Source: a bacterium
GTDB taxonomy: Bacteria; RBG-13-61-14; DATKZS01
DNA length: 16,640 bases
Direction: 5' to 3'
Assembly: GCA_046484135.1 (NCBI GenBank)
Contig: JAWOBU010000249.1
Span: 1-16,640 of the forward strand
Position 1 is the stretch's first letter; every line of letters begins with the position of its first letter. Below the pieces are notes generated by a model that saw nothing but the letters and a program-made list of their open reading frames with translations, did not search any database and was not told where the DNA came from. Positions 14,996 through 16,640 of the stretch are shown in pieces. The position numbers and the translations under genes are program-made.

Positions 14996-16640
14996 ATGAA
15001 CGAAGACCGCTACCTCGGTGAGAAAACTCAGCCGCTTGAAGGCGGAGACCTCAACATCCAGGAGCTCGTGATCCCGTTACTGAAGCACCGGTGGGAGGTC
15101 CTTCTGATAGTCGTGCTCGGTTTGTTGGCGGCTTTTCTTTACAACCATCTTGCCACGCCTATATATCAGGCCCAATCAACTATTATTTTGCAGCGGTACG
15201 GGCACACCAATATTATCCGGGAGCAGGAGACCGAGGGCTACAACCGGATTTATAAAGAAGACTTCAACACCAAGATGAACATGATCGAGTCCATGCCGGT
15301 CCTGAAGGAGCTCGCCGAGAAACTGATAGACCGCGGTTATTTCCAGCGGGAAGTGGAAAAGATAAATTACTTCAATGCGGACAAAAGCGTTCAGAACGAT
15401 TACTTGACCCGCAAGGCCAAACAGATTAAGGGTGGTCTTTCCATAATGAATCCGGAAGGCACCAACATGATATACATCAATTATCAGAATCCCGATCCGG
15501 TATTGGCCAAGGACGTAGTGAACGTACTTGCCGACCTGGCCGTCAAGTATAACGCTAAAGAGCAGAGGCTCGGCATGAAGAACTCGCTTCTGTACTTGAA
15601 CTCCCAGCTGGAGAAGACCCAGAAGCAGCTCCGGGAGGCGGAGGCCGACCTTTATGAGTACCGCAAGAAACACGACATCTTTCAGAGCGAGAGAGACAAG
15701 GAGTACGTGGCCAAGCAGAGGTCGGAGATATCCACCGAGCTGACCAATGTTCGCAGCAGAATAAAAGAACTGGAGTCCCAGATTTCCCAGATCCGGGAAC
15801 TCAAGAAAAAAAAGAACTTCACCAAGTACAACCCCATTTTGAGCGAAAACTCCATCCTTCTGGATCTGCGGCGCGACCTGGTAAAAGCCAGGATTCGTTA
15901 CAAGGAGCTCAAAGACCGGTATCTTAAGAACCACCCGGAAATGGTCCAGATCGAAAACCGCATTGAGGTGTTGAAGGAATCTTTCGAGCGTGAGCTTCTC
16001 ATAAACCTTGATCGTCTTCAATATAATTTGAACGTATTAAAGTCCAAGGAGAAGTACCTGGAGGATTCCCTGGCCGCCTTGGAAGAATCGGCCATCAGCA
16101 GCACCGAGAAAGACATTGACTACATGATCCTGGAACGCCAGGCCAACTCTTCCCGGGAGCTGTACCGGACCCTCCTGTCCGCGGTAAAAGAAGTAAACGT
16201 AAACATGAACAACCGTTCCAGCAGCGTCATGTACGTCCAGGCGAAATCCGAGGTCCCCCTTAATCCTATAAAGCCCAAGGAGGTGTTGAACCTTATGGTG
16301 GGCCTGCTACTGGGTGCCTTGGGGGGCATAGTGCTGGCTTACGGGATTGAGTACCTGGACCAGACCATACACAGCCCGGACGATGTTAAGAAAACGACAT
16401 CCCTGGACGTGCCCTCCACCATTCCTCTGCTCCGGCGGGATGTGGAAACGCCGGCGCCCGTTTATTTTTATCAAAACAAGAAGTCCCTTTTCTCAGAGGG
16501 CATCACCAGCTTGCGCTATCATCTTAAGGTATATATTCCCCAGGAGCACAACTACATTCTTCTTTTTACCAGCAGTATGCCCAGGGAAGGAAAGACACTT
16601 ATCACGTCCAACATGGACTTGTCCCTGGACCAGGACGGAA
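14996..16640 (+). CDS. wzc: Wzc/GumC-type polysaccharide co-polymerase with BY-kinase domain; 3'-partial
   Basis: Manual translation from ATG 14996 (SD AGGAG) is open to the window edge: MNEDRY...LLKHRWEVLLIVVLGLLAAFLY..ATPIYQA (TM1 + PxY), coiled-coil periplasmic part with HPEM, PIKP + GLLLGALGG (TM2), EYLDQTI.SPDD, Walker A TSSMPREGKT. Not in the ORF track. Confidence 0.92.
   Translation, partial: MNEDRYLGEKTQPLEGGDLNIQELVIPLLKHRWEVLLIVVLGLLAAFLYNHLATPIYQAQSTIILQRYGHTNIIREQETEGYNRIYKEDFNTKMNMIESMPVLKELAEKLIDRGYFQREVEKINYFNADKSVQNDYLTRKAKQIKGGLSIMNPEGTNMIYINYQNPDPVLAKDVVNVLADLAVKYNAKEQRLGMKNSLLYLNSQLEKTQKQLREAEADLYEYRKKHDIFQSERDKEYVAKQRSEISTELTNVRSRIKELESQISQIRELKKKKNFTKYNPILSENSILLDLRRDLVKARIRYKELKDRYLKNHPEMVQIENRIEVLKESFERELLINLDRLQYNLNVLKSKEKYLEDSLAALEESAISSTEKDIDYMILERQANSSRELYRTLLSAVKEVNVNMNNRSSSVMYVQAKSEVPLNPIKPKEVLNLMVGLLLGALGGIVLAYGIEYLDQTIHSPDDVKKTTSLDVPSTIPLLRRDVETPAPVYFYQNKKSLFSEGITSLRYHLKVYIPQEHNYILLFTSSMPREGKTLITSNMDLSLDQDG

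Noticed and set aside
15176..16329. Minus-strand ORFs 15176..16021 and 16120..16329
   Set aside because: Antisense shadows of the wzc-like gene.
1..16640. CRISPR arrays, IS elements, tRNA/rRNA, prophage or clear defence operon
   Set aside because: No regularly spaced repeats, transposase or integrase ORFs, or RNA-gene signatures were seen. The NYN gene alone is not enough to call a defence system.

Overview
GC-rich bacterial chromosomal window, probably deltaproteobacterium-like (inferred from gene content only). It holds 11 CDS, mostly housekeeping or cell-envelope genes, with no mobile element, CRISPR array, tRNA or rRNA. Minus strand, left to right: a partial AmmeMemoRadiSam protein B (MEMO1 family) with an extra N-terminal PqqD/RRE-like domain, an SDR with a mycofactocin-SDR-like loop insertion, an ABC-F ATPase, an NYN nuclease with a CxxC insert, panE, a Tat-exported DUF362 protein, and a large GT-C glycosyltransferase with a C-terminal TPR. 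The GT-C gene is divergent from a class A PBP (PBP1A). After that come a Tat-exported SagB-like nitroreductase, a stand-alone gmd and, divergent from gmd, the start of a polysaccharide locus (partial Wzc-like co-polymerase/BY-kinase) behind a near-consensus promoter and a structured ~200-nt leader. The ORF track misses amrB and the wzc-like gene because both run off the window edges. No complete novel system can be shown from this window alone. The best leads are the RRE-like/MEMO fusion next to the mycofactocin-type SDR, the structured wzc leader, and the GT-C/TPR enzyme paired head-to-head with a PBP1A carrying a Ser/Thr-rich tail. All family calls come from manual motif recognition, not database searches.
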